Of a stretch of 64,000 bases of DNA, positions 44,601 through 53,247 are shown in pieces. The stretch is from IMG/VR virus record IMGVR_UViG_3300045988_148900, positions 64,001 to 128,000 of that record. One strand, given 5' to 3'. The stretch's first letter is position 1; every line of letters begins with the position of its first letter. Below the pieces are notes generated by a model that saw nothing but the letters and a program-made list of their open reading frames with translations, was not told the DNA's origin and searched no databases. This DNA comes from a virus. Position numbers and translations under genes: made by a program.

Positions 44601-44606
44601 AGCAAA

Positions 44607-45116
44607 CTAAGCCCATGTGGCATCTACCGTTACATCCAAAACTGATGATGTAATCCCTGTGTCAAAAGTACAAGTCACAGAACCTCCCGGAATATAAGTA
44701 CTCGCAGGACATACATCAACAACAAAGCAATAATGACTCAAAACATCCGTACTTGATTCAGCATTCTTCTTCAACTGAAAACAAATAAAAGAATCCGGAT
44801 GAGAAGAGTCAAAATACCAACGCCACTCATGAGCATCATAACTATTAATGCCCTCATCCGTCACTGACTGGCTAAAAGAAACATCGACTGACGGATAACA
44901 CTCTATCTCAACACAAGCCCGACGATCCATAACATCCACCGAAACAGAAGAGCTGCTCAAAGAAACAGAATCATCCGGAACAGGAACATCAGATGGCTTG
45001 TTAAGCAATACACTACAAGTGATATAATAATCACACGTAGGAATGGAAATGCACGACGCGTAAGGATTCACAAGCCCCGACGCATACTGAAACTTATTTA
45101 CAACAACATCTGCCAT
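44607..45116 (-). CDS. hypothetical protein
   Basis: 169 aa, ATG verified. Confidence 0.6.
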   Translation of the reverse strand: MADVVVNKFQYASGLVNPYASCISIPTCDYYITCSVLLNKPSDVPVPDDSVSLSSSSVSVDVMDRRACVEIECYPSVDVSFSQSVTDEGINSYDAHEWRWYFDSSHPDSFICFQLKKNAESSTDVLSHYCFVVDVCPASTYIPGGSVTCTFDTGITSSVLDVTVDATWA

Positions 45117-45119
45117 AAC

Positions 45120-45503
45120 CTACACCCTAATATCTAACAACTCATCCGTATGAACAACAGACGCAGTATCGAAAGACGACCCAACATAATGAATGCCGCA
45201 TGTTAAAACACCCGGAGCCAGATAACGCAAAAAATCAGGAGTCATAATCAAACTCCAAGACTCGCGACCCCGAACAATATAAGCACCCGAATCACCCTTC
45301 TTGCGATCCGACTCCGGAACAAAACCGCGACTATAATCCACAACCCATAAGCGAGTACTCAACTGCGACGTGTAAACACAAACCTCAATATCGTAATCCC
45401 GAACGTAAACAACATCAGAGCACTTATGAAGCGTGAAAGATAAATAAATATCCTCCTGACGATAAAAACGCCCTAAAGAACTATGGAACACATCACAACC
45501 CAT
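45120..45503 (-). CDS. hypothetical protein
   Basis: 127 aa from the ATG at 45503 (MGCDVFHSSL...). The longer track ORF would read through the promoter-like motif. Confidence 0.55.
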   Translation of the reverse strand: MGCDVFHSSLGRFYRQEDIYLSFTLHKCSDVVYVRDYDIEVCVYTSQLSTRLWVVDYSRGFVPESDRKKGDSGAYIVRGRESWSLIMTPDFLRYLAPGVLTCGIHYVGSSFDTASVVHTDELLDIRV

Positions 45504-45528
45504 GAATAGACCTCCGGAATGATTTGTG

Positions 45529-45542
45529 GGATATATAATTGC
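45529..45542 (-). promoter_or_regulatory. phage promoter-like motif copy (GCAATTATATATCCCACAAAT)
   Basis: Exact 14-nt core on the minus strand, 25 nt before the ATG at 45503. Confidence 0.45.
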
Positions 45543-45621
45543 ATAACCCAAAAGACACCCTAAAAGAAAAGACCCCAGAGTGAAAACCACTCCAGAGCCT
45601 CATGACTAAAGAACGCACAAA

Positions 45622-46437
45622 TTAAAACTGCTTGCCGCCATTACGGAAACTGCGACACTCATTGTAAAGCATCTTAGCCTTCACGTGCCACAAGAAATCC
45701 CACGAATTGGCCGCCATCCAACGATCCAAAAAGCGCAACGCCAAGCCTAAACGATTCGACGCCGGAATACCCATCCCAAACAAGATGCGATAAAACTCAC
45801 AAGCACAATCCGTAGGATGAGACGAAGCAAAAGCTGCCTTATAAGTGGCGTCGCACAAATAAGGCGAAACTCGAGCGACCTCCAAGGATCCCGTATTTGC
45901 CAGTAAAACATCGCCCCCCGAAAGCTCCCGAAGATAACCCGTACTGCTATTGACACACAAATACTTACTGCCAATCAAATCCAACGTGTAAATAGCTACA
46001 TCCGCAAGCTCCTCCTGAGGAGTGCCCTTCAAAAACTCCTCGTAAGCCGACTTATACACAGGAACAATAGAGTCAGTAAATGAAATAATTCTGTCCGGAT
46101 CAACAGTCGAACCAGAAGACACTCCATCTGCAAGCTCCTCGGACGACACGAGACGACGCATAAACAGATCCTCGAAAGACGTACTACCCGACGAAACCTT
46201 CTCCGGATGACGACGATAGACCTCAACGACCTCCGACATCTCACAAACAATCATAGCCATATTACGAGACGTCGGCCAGTCCTGCTCCCAGAAGCCATGT
46301 GAAGAGCTAATGCTATAGCACCAATCTGCAAGACGCAGAAACTCGACATCTGTAACAGAATAAGGTGCAGGCGAAGCATCCTCATACGAACGACTCTCGA
46401 AATCCGTAAGAACAGACGTAAATAATTTATTTTTCAT
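45622..46437 (-). CDS. MazG-like nucleotide pyrophosphohydrolase domain protein
   Basis: MAMIVCEMSEVVEVYRR and ELADVAIYTLDLIG match the MazG EXXE/helix patterns. The ATG is at 46437 and the track start is GTG. Confidence 0.5.
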   Translation of the reverse strand: MKNKLFTSVLTDFESRSYEDASPAPYSVTDVEFLRLADWCYSISSSHGFWEQDWPTSRNMAMIVCEMSEVVEVYRRHPEKVSSGSTSFEDLFMRRLVSSEELADGVSSGSTVDPDRIISFTDSIVPVYKSAYEEFLKGTPQEELADVAIYTLDLIGSKYLCVNSSTGYLRELSGGDVLLANTGSLEVARVSPYLCDATYKAAFASSHPTDCACEFYRILFGMGIPASNRLGLALRFLDRWMAANSWDFLWHVKAKMLYNECRSFRNGGKQF

Positions 46438-46449
46438 GAACACTTGTTG

Positions 46450-46701
46450 TTAAAAAGCCGAACAACTCGAACCCGAACTTACCCACCCATTAGGCGTAAA
46501 CCGAACCCAAAAAACAAAAGGTAAATCCGGAATGGTAAAGCAGACAACCGTAGCAACAAGACGACCATCTGGTGCATAATCGCGCTCCGTCTTAGCATGC
46601 TCTAAACGACGCCCCAAATAAAAACCAGAGCAAACATGCTGTATGATAGACGCCTCGCTAATACCGCGCATACGCTTATGAGGAAAGCCCTGCTTAACCA
46701 T
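46450..46701 (-). CDS. hypothetical protein
   Basis: 83 aa from the first ATG at 46701. The track start at 46758 is TTG, so the true start is uncertain. Confidence 0.4.
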   Translation of the reverse strand: MVKQGFPHKRMRGISEASIIQHVCSGFYLGRRLEHAKTERDYAPDGRLVATVVCFTIPDLPFVFWVRFTPNGWVSSGSSCSAF

Positions 46702-46765
46702 GCAACAATAAACGTAAAAAGCCGAGACACAATATCCCGGCTCTCTGGAAACAAACAAAAAACGC

Positions 46766-46966
46766 CTACTGTGATAACAGCTCCTTCAGCTGAGCAAGAC
46801 TCATGCGAAAAGCATAAGGACCCTCGGAATCATCTGCATAGCCTACAAACCATACCTTATCCGCAGCAAGCCCCTGACTATTAAAAACCGATAGCATATT
46901 AATAGGAGAAACCTGAGACTCTGAAACCTCACTACCAGACGACGCGCGTGAAACAGTATCTGCCAT
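46766..46966 (-). CDS. hypothetical protein
   Basis: 66 aa from the ATG at 46966 (MADTVSRASS...), 16 nt downstream of a motif copy. Confidence 0.5.
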   Translation of the reverse strand: MADTVSRASSGSEVSESQVSPINMLSVFNSQGLAADKVWFVGYADDSEGPYAFRMSLAQLKELLSQ

Positions 46967-46982
46967 AACCAATCAATTTAAC

Positions 46983-46996
46983 GGATATATAATTAC
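46983..46996 (-). promoter_or_regulatory. phage promoter-like motif copy (GTAATTATATATCCGTTAAATT)
   Basis: Minus strand, immediately after the terminator at 46995-47036. Confidence 0.45.
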
Positions 46997-47036
46997 AAAA
47001 ATGGTGCCGGAGAAACCTCGTAAGAAACCCGGCACC
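46995..47036 (-). terminator. hairpin terminator
   Basis: Minus strand GGTGCCGG-N18-CCGGCACC (perfect 8-bp stem) followed by ATTTTTG. Confidence 0.5.
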
Positions 47037-47176
47037 TCAAATGCTAAAATACTGCGTCTGGGAAAGAATCAACTACAAGAAATCCAACGCAGCTGCTGAA
47101 ATCGTATCTCACGACAAAAACCCAGCTTAAAATATCATCACTAACATTTCAACATGAGTGATGTCTCGTATACGTA

Positions 47177-47205
47177 AGAAAAAGCTCCTGATATGAATCA
47201 GGAGC
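47177..47205 (-). terminator. rho-independent terminator
   Basis: Minus strand GCTCCTGAT-TCAT-ATCAGGAGC (perfect 9-bp stem) followed by TTTTTCT. Confidence 0.65.
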
Positions 47206-47247
47206 CCACACTACAACAATATGGATCGAACTCGCCTAAGTCCATCC
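47177..47247 (-). ncRNA. candidate short phage transcript (motif to terminator)
   Basis: The promoter-like motif (47248-47261) is followed by ATGGA-N15-TCCAT and then the 9-bp-stem terminator. I found no ORF longer than about 6 codons. Confidence 0.25.
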
Positions 47248-47261
47248 GGATATATAATTGC
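47248..47261 (-). promoter_or_regulatory. phage promoter-like motif copy (GCAATTATATATCCGGATGG)
   Basis: Exact 14-nt core, 15 nt after the ligase stop. No protein gene follows it. Confidence 0.45.
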
Positions 47262-47276
47262 TACATTGAGCCAAAC

Positions 47277-48617
47277 CTACTCCCGAGGCAGACTCCGAAG
47301 ATAGGTGGCATCATAAATGCACTCCGACGCCGCCTTATCATTGCGGAAACGAATTAACTGTGGATTACGCAAGTGATAATACTTATCTAACCCGCACCCC
47401 TGAAGCTCTGCCACCATACCCATAAACTCTGGATTAAGCCGAGCAACACCCGCGTCCAAAACAGTAGCACGCTGCGACAAATGACCACTCAAAGGCAGAA
47501 CTGCAAACAGCTGAGAATGCTCTCTACCATCCTCGTCGCGGCAAACAATACTAAGATCCAACTGTGTAATACAAGACGCAGGACCGGAGCCTCCAGAAAC
47601 AAAGACATCAAAAGTATCATCAAGAACCTGTGGCGAGATGTCAGTACCAATGCGATGCTTCAACTTAACCCACACATCCTTAGAACGAGAACCCTTAGAG
47701 TTATAAAAAGCATCCCCATTATGAAACACAACACCCTCACCACCCCGGTTGAGAATAGAATCCAAAAAGGAAATCTTCTCGAATCGAGACCCAAGCACGC
47801 GAGGAATAGCACGCGCATTGACACCCGCGCGACGCAACATGTCTACACAAGACGAATAAGCATCCCAACCCTCATGAATAGGACGGTTGAGGTAATTACG
47901 ACGCCCAAAATACAAAGGACAGATAACGTTGAAAGTCAACATGTCGCGCCCCAAATGCTCCCGAAACCAAACCTGACAACGACGCGCGTCATCAGGAGAC
48001 ATAGAAAGCAACTCGTCAATAACCCCATCCTCAGTGCCGCAATCAATACCAGCCGACTTTGCATCCTGTAAAGTGCCATTCAAGGTCAACTCAACGTCAA
48101 CTGCAATGATAGTATCAGACGGAAAATTGTGATTGCTCCAAATCATAGGAGTGTAATCGATAATAGAACAGTCATCATTGATCCCACGACCAAAGATAAA
48201 CCAATCCAACGAACCCCCCATCGTATAAGACATCAATAACGCCCGAACGCCCTTAATCTTCTCCGTAGCCAACCACGCGGTAGAATCAAGGACAACATTT
48301 CTATCCTCCTCCGAAAGATCACTAAACCGAGAACATAGACAGAAGCTATCAATGCGCAAAGCATACCACACACACGGATGGACTATCTCCTTAATAGCTG
48401 ACAAATCCAAGACCTGTAGGCAAACAGGCTTTGATACAGAGTAACCCTTCTGAATCAAAGCCTTCTCGAACTCCGCAAGATAACGCAAGGCGCGCTGATA
48501 ATCCGCTATGACAACCTTCCCCCCACGACCCGACGGCTGAAGCAACGACGACAAAAATGACGGCTGATATAAAGCCTGCTTAGACGCCCATAAACGCTCG
48601 TAATCTGCCTTGACCAT
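47277..48617 (-). CDS. ATP-dependent nucleic-acid ligase (nucleotidyltransferase superfamily)
   Basis: Motif I TEKIKGVRAL (K-x-K-G-x-R), motif III IIAVDVEL, motif IV GGEGVVFH, motif V VWVKLKHR. Confidence 0.7.
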   Translation of the reverse strand: MVKADYERLWASKQALYQPSFLSSLLQPSGRGGKVVIADYQRALRYLAEFEKALIQKGYSVSKPVCLQVLDLSAIKEIVHPCVWYALRIDSFCLCSRFSDLSEEDRNVVLDSTAWLATEKIKGVRALLMSYTMGGSLDWFIFGRGINDDCSIIDYTPMIWSNHNFPSDTIIAVDVELTLNGTLQDAKSAGIDCGTEDGVIDELLSMSPDDARRCQVWFREHLGRDMLTFNVICPLYFGRRNYLNRPIHEGWDAYSSCVDMLRRAGVNARAIPRVLGSRFEKISFLDSILNRGGEGVVFHNGDAFYNSKGSRSKDVWVKLKHRIGTDISPQVLDDTFDVFVSGGSGPASCITQLDLSIVCRDEDGREHSQLFAVLPLSGHLSQRATVLDAGVARLNPEFMGMVAELQGCGLDKYYHLRNPQLIRFRNDKAASECIYDATYLRSLPRE

Positions 48618-48620
48618 ATA

Positions 48621-48830
48621 TTAAAAGTTTTTCCAAATAAGCAAAATACCATTATAAGTGCTACAGAACGCTACGGCGACTAAAATTACAGAAGCCATGA
48701 AATCAACGGAGTTGAAGTAGCTCTGACGGAACAACCCAAAGAATAAAACCCCAGCAGCCCCAAACAATAAAAGACCACAGACGAATAGCAAGAAGCCAAG
48801 AAAAAGCTCTGAGACAAATCGAATAACCAT
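48621..48830 (-). CDS. small membrane protein (two hydrophobic helices)
   Basis: 69 aa: LFLGFLLFVCGLLLFGAAGVLFFGLF and VILVAVAFCSTYNGILLIW. Confidence 0.55.
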   Translation of the reverse strand: MVIRFVSELFLGFLLFVCGLLLFGAAGVLFFGLFRQSYFNSVDFMASVILVAVAFCSTYNGILLIWKNF

Positions 48831-48835
48831 AGCTG

Positions 48836-49198
48836 TTACCTCCTAAGACACCCAACACACTTCAAAACCGTTCGTAGCTCGTCTGCAGAAGTCACCGTAC
48901 CTTCAAATACGGTAGCTAACCCACCAAAATCCGCCGCATCATAATAGTCACTTGCCAAAATCAGACAATAATGACCCCACGGACTACCCCCTGTATTCCC
49001 ATCCTCGATGAGAACAAAAAAGCCTCCGCTGTAGTCAAAAGCAGAACAGTGCGCCACTATATCAGCATAGCCACAATTCAAACCATCAGTAGCCACTAAC
49101 AGCTCATCCACATCCCGAAGATCCTTCGGAACCGGAACAATACCTGTCTCATCGTAAAACTGCCTCTCATTAGAGGTAGCTACATCCAACCAATCCAT
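48836..49198 (-). CDS. hypothetical protein
   Basis: 120 aa, ATG verified. Confidence 0.6.
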   Translation of the reverse strand: MDWLDVATSNERQFYDETGIVPVPKDLRDVDELLVATDGLNCGYADIVAHCSAFDYSGGFFVLIEDGNTGGSPWGHYCLILASDYYDAADFGGLATVFEGTVTSADELRTVLKCVGCLRR

Positions 49199-49204
49199 GA
49201 AAAA

Positions 49205-50128
49205 TTACTTCTTTAGAGTCTTCTTCTGCTTAACAGCCTCCTTACGGACCGTATCCATAGCATCCTGAACAACACCCTGAATATCACCACCCGTTACAGA
49301 AACCATCTGATCCTTATCGAACGCCGGACGCATCCAATCATCAAACAAACGATAACGTCTATGCCATTCCGGATTATAATAAAACCCACCTAAAGAGGTG
49401 TTAGAAATAACATGAACATCATGCTCCTCTGCAATAACCATCAAGGACTGCACAAAGGAACCAACATCAAGTAAAGACATGCTCTTAGCCAGACTCGACG
49501 AAAGACCTACATGAATATAAGTGAGATGTGGAGCTAACTCCGTAAAGACATCTAACGCGGCCCCAATGTCTGAAATCGGGTTGAGGTCCAACCACGTTAA
49601 GAAACGAGCCGTATGGAGAGATTTGAGACCATCAACGAGGACCGAACGAGGCGACGCTCCTACGCGCTGACCAAGCATGGCAGGAAGAGTCGTGCCGAAA
49701 GAAACAATGCCGCGACGAATACCAAGCATCGCAGCATAACCCGGATACTCCTTAGCCCAATCAAGATGATCCGTAACAAAAGTCGCCGGAACACCCATAG
49801 CATTACACAACGAGAAAGAACGACCTGTAAGCTCCAGAAGCTCTTCTCGCATAGGGTCCGCAACCATAGAGAAGAAGACACCACCATTAGCCCGAAGATC
49901 ATCAAGATTCTCCACAAGCTCCTTCTCAAAAACATGATAAGCATCCTCCGTGTTCTTAAAGCACCGCTTCAAAACAGGAGACAACACAGGAGTGTCTAAC
50001 CCAATGTTAGACTCGCTGTTAAACCAGCAAGCAGACGTCCGCTTCCCAAAAGAGTAAAAGTCACACGCCCAAGAAGTGTAATCGCAACCGACACCAACCG
50101 TCTTATGTAAAGCCTTATTGGAACCCAT
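49205..50128 (-). CDS. hypothetical protein
   Basis: 307 aa, ATG verified. No motif recognised. Confidence 0.65.
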   Translation of the reverse strand: MGSNKALHKTVGVGCDYTSWACDFYSFGKRTSACWFNSESNIGLDTPVLSPVLKRCFKNTEDAYHVFEKELVENLDDLRANGGVFFSMVADPMREELLELTGRSFSLCNAMGVPATFVTDHLDWAKEYPGYAAMLGIRRGIVSFGTTLPAMLGQRVGASPRSVLVDGLKSLHTARFLTWLDLNPISDIGAALDVFTELAPHLTYIHVGLSSSLAKSMSLLDVGSFVQSLMVIAEEHDVHVISNTSLGGFYYNPEWHRRYRLFDDWMRPAFDKDQMVSVTGGDIQGVVQDAMDTVRKEAVKQKKTLKK

Positions 50129-50190
50129 AATATTAAACCAAACAAATGAAAAACATTACCAACTTCAACGTACGACAGCACATAAAATCG

Positions 50191-50718
50191 TCAATGAGTT
50201 GCAAACCAGTCGCGAATGAAGTCAAACACCTCGCCAAAGAAGGGAAGAACAGACGAAACAGCCTCCTTTTTGTCGGGAGTAGCAAGGTTCCATATAAACA
50301 TAACCGTTATATAGACAAACCAAAAGCCAAAGCAATAAAGCAACCGAGCCTTCAAGACCTCCCACCGAAGACCTAAATAACTAACCGAAAAATAGTACTT
50401 AATAGGAATAGCCATCGGCACAGCAAAGGTGAAAAGAGCATAAAGAATAACCGACAGGATAACTCCAACCGTACACTGATCTGCCGTAAGGCACGTATCT
50501 GCGTCAAGAATAGGATAACACGAAATACCCCAAAGCAAGAACGACAACAAGGCAAAAATAACCAGCGAACCAGACTCTACAACAATATTGAAAAGAATCT
50601 TGAAAAGAGAAGAAAGAACCCCACCAATACCAGACGACTGCTTCTTTGAGGACTCCTCATGCAAGAGAGCTAACACTGCATCATCAAAACCACTCTTGGC
50701 CTTAGCTTTAGCAAACAT
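50191..50718 (-). CDS. polytopic membrane protein
   Basis: 175 aa with about 4 hydrophobic segments. ATG verified. Confidence 0.6.
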   Translation of the reverse strand: MFAKAKAKSGFDDAVLALLHEESSKKQSSGIGGVLSSLFKILFNIVVESGSLVIFALLSFLLWGISCYPILDADTCLTADQCTVGVILSVILYALFTFAVPMAIPIKYYFSVSYLGLRWEVLKARLLYCFGFWFVYITVMFIWNLATPDKKEAVSSVLPFFGEVFDFIRDWFATH

Positions 50719-50725
50719 AGAATTG

Positions 50726-50740
50726 AAAATTAAAAGTTAA
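50726..50740 (-). promoter_or_regulatory. AT-rich upstream motif TTAACTTTTAATTTT
   Basis: Identical to 35762-35776. Lies 7 nt before the ATG at 50718. Confidence 0.25.
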
Positions 50741-50798
50741 ACACCTACTTAAGTCACTGCAAATGTATGTTAATTAATTTAATCTATCAAATAAAATT

Positions 50799-50823
50799 AA
50801 AAAAAAGTGACCCGAATGTCACT
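50799..50823 (-). terminator. rho-independent terminator
   Basis: Minus strand AGTGAC-ATTCGG-GTCACT followed by T8. Confidence 0.6.
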
Positions 50824-50836
50824 TTTAATTACATGT

Positions 50837-52099
50837 AGGTGATTATATACAATTCTACACTGCATATATTGGCGTTTCACCGACTTCGTAACCTCCGTCT
50901 CCACGCCCCTCAAACCGCCCCACCGACGGCAGTATCTCCACTAAACCCGCACGCAAAATGTTGATGGCGGCATTTAAGTCACGGTCGTGGACCGTACCAC
51001 ATTGTGGACACGTCCAAGATCGGTCCTTAAGTGTAAGACCATCGTTCTTATAACCGCAACAACCACAAGTCTTGCTGCTCGGGAAGAAACGGTCGATCTT
51101 TAAAACCGTCTTACCAAGCCACCGCGCCTTGTAATCCAAGACACGAACAAACTCGGACCAACAAATGTTTTGAATGGATTTAGCCAAACTGTGATTACCC
51201 ATCATACCCTTAACATTCAAGTCCTCGATAAACACGGCTTGGTTCTCACCCAGTATCGAGTTGACTGTATGATGGATAAAGTTATTAATCAAATTACGTT
51301 TCTTAGCATATAACTTATTGATTTTAAGTCTTATCTCCGCACGGCGTCTACTGCCTTTCTGGCGGCGGGACTCGATCTTCTGCAGACGCGATATGCGGCG
51401 ATCTATAACATCCGCGAAACGCGGATTAGGTATCTTACGTCCATCGGATGTAACTATGAAGTCCTTCAACCCCAAGTCAAGACCAACGCACTTAGACTGG
51501 CTTGTGATAGGCGCGGGTTTAAGCTCAAGAACACCCGTCTCCACAAGACAACTAACCCAATAACGTCCGCAACCATCGCAGCTCACCGTGATGTTACGTA
51601 ACTGCCCTTTGAACCGACGATCTTGCTTATATTTAATCAAACCGATTTTCGGCAATTTAATGTGACGCGTTTCTTGGTCTACAGAGCAGAAGGGAACCGA
51701 AAATCTACACGATAATTTACTACGATGTTTGGACTTAAACTTTGGGTAACCCTGCTTGATCTTAAAGAATTGCTGATAAGCACTATCCATGTCATAGACT
51801 GCCTGCGGCAGACATACATGCGGAACAACACGCAACCACTCATGCTCTTCCTTAAGACCTGTAATTAACTTGATGCAGTCGAACTTAGACAACGTCGTCT
51901 TATCCGCCTCATATGCCTTTATCTTAGCAGCAAGTGTGGCGTTATAAATGAACCGACAACAATCGAACGACTGACGCAACATCGCCTCCTGCGTCTTGTT
52001 CGGATAAAGTCGGTATTTATAGGCACGCTTCATGATGCTAATATAGTTGTTTATTTACGTCTATGCAAGCTGTTAGTGCAAAATTGTATGTAATCACCT
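50837..52099 (-). mobile_element. tnpB-only element with TIRs and 6-bp TSD (copy B, 1263 bp)
   Basis: Same ends as copy A (50837-50862 and 52074-52099, 22/26 as inverted repeats). Flanked by direct ACATGT at 50831-50836 and 52100-52105. Confidence 0.8.
50855..52033 (-). CDS. tnpB: TnpB RNA-guided nuclease family protein
   Basis: 392 aa. About 85% identical to the copy A protein by eye. RuvC D/E/D contexts and the zinc finger are intact. Confidence 0.9.
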   Translation of the reverse strand: MKRAYKYRLYPNKTQEAMLRQSFDCCRFIYNATLAAKIKAYEADKTTLSKFDCIKLITGLKEEHEWLRVVPHVCLPQAVYDMDSAYQQFFKIKQGYPKFKSKHRSKLSCRFSVPFCSVDQETRHIKLPKIGLIKYKQDRRFKGQLRNITVSCDGCGRYWVSCLVETGVLELKPAPITSQSKCVGLDLGLKDFIVTSDGRKIPNPRFADVIDRRISRLQKIESRRQKGSRRRAEIRLKINKLYAKKRNLINNFIHHTVNSILGENQAVFIEDLNVKGMMGNHSLAKSIQNICWSEFVRVLDYKARWLGKTVLKIDRFFPSSKTCGCCGYKNDGLTLKDRSWTCPQCGTVHDRDLNAAINILRAGLVEILPSVGRFEGRGDGGYEVGETPIYAV

Positions 52100-52343
52100 A
52101 CATGTATTTCTGCTCCCAAGCTTCAAGAGCTGATTCTAACTCAGGAGGAATTAATTCTGAACGATCGATATCCCTAATCGTAGTCAGAAAAGACTCAATG
52201 CTACTAACCAAAGGACGAGTATCTGTCAACAACTGAGCCTCAGCAAGATCAACAGCCTTCAAGCAATCGAATCTGTCAAACTTGCCAGAAGTATGCAGAA
52301 GAATAAACTCCTCAGCATCTGAACTATAAGGACGACGTTTCAT
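52098..52343 (-). CDS. hypothetical protein
   Basis: 81 aa. The present TAG stop is built from the last 2 nt of the element plus the first TSD base. The pre-insertion sequence would give TAA at the same codon. Confidence 0.6.
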   Translation of the reverse strand: MKRRPYSSDAEEFILLHTSGKFDRFDCLKAVDLAEAQLLTDTRPLVSSIESFLTTIRDIDRSELIPPELESALEAWEQKYM

Positions 52344-53157
52344 CGGAGACTACCATGAAGTATTTACCCAACTTGTTCTTGGAGATGAAAGCCTGAAAGG
52401 CCGGATCATCATCCTCTACATCCGGAACCTCAAAAACATAATCAAAGAAGGTCTTCACCTCCGGCTCCAAGCCTGAACGCATTTTTATATAGGCTCGTAA
52501 ACTCTTCCGAAACTCAGCAGGCTCCGTGTTCCGTAACTGAGAAACAACCTCAAAGCACTTCTTAGCTACTCGAGCATCCGACCATACGGTAAGGTCGGAA
52601 TCCAAGGAAGCATCCTGAACAGAATACAAAGCCATCCGAAGAAGAGTGGAATCCCCATGAGCCTCTTCCATAGCATCAATAGACAACTTACGACCATCGG
52701 CACTATAACCCTTAACACCACCACGAATACCATCAAGAAGCCGATTCTTAACGCACCCACGGACATAAGTCTCAAAAGATACATGTGTCGAATTGGCATA
52801 CCGATCGATCAATGTCATATACGGAATGCCGTCGGCTGCTGCTTTGGCATAGTCACCATCAAAATAGTACTTCTTGCCGTTATAACGACACTTAGGCTGT
52901 AAGTACTGCTGGTAGAAGATGTAGACCAAATCGGACCAGTCTCCACCAAAGGTAGGCCAGAAACGATGGATGTCCATCTCGATAGCATCCTGAATGAGCT
53001 TAAACATGTAGGCCCGAAGGTCCTCTAAAGACATGTCGTAGCTGCCAATGCCACGACGACCTAAGCAATGAACCCAGATATTCTTCTCGGTATACCCTAA
53101 GCCCATCAACTCAACCTCCGTATGACCACGGAGAAACTGATACGATTCCTGATTCAT
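52324..53157 (-). CDS. hypothetical protein (weak sigma region-2-like segment)
   Basis: 277 aa. SFETYVRGCVKNRLLDGIR loosely resembles sigma region 2.3-2.4. Otherwise unassigned. Confidence 0.55.
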   Translation of the reverse strand: MNQESYQFLRGHTEVELMGLGYTEKNIWVHCLGRRGIGSYDMSLEDLRAYMFKLIQDAIEMDIHRFWPTFGGDWSDLVYIFYQQYLQPKCRYNGKKYYFDGDYAKAAADGIPYMTLIDRYANSTHVSFETYVRGCVKNRLLDGIRGGVKGYSADGRKLSIDAMEEAHGDSTLLRMALYSVQDASLDSDLTVWSDARVAKKCFEVVSQLRNTEPAEFRKSLRAYIKMRSGLEPEVKTFFDYVFEVPDVEDDDPAFQAFISKNKLGKYFMVVSDETSSL

Positions 53158-53247
53158 GTTGTGTAGTATAGAGCTGCCAGCAACATCGCCGACAGCACCA
53201 CAAAACTACAAAATAGAATTCAAAAAAACAAAGAAAAGTTGCTAAAA

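Noticed and set aside
47215-47250. tRNA-like GTTCGATCC (T-loop-like) sequence in the non-coding island.
   Set aside because: The 5 nt on either side of the putative T-loop are not complementary. No acceptor or anticodon arms can be drawn.
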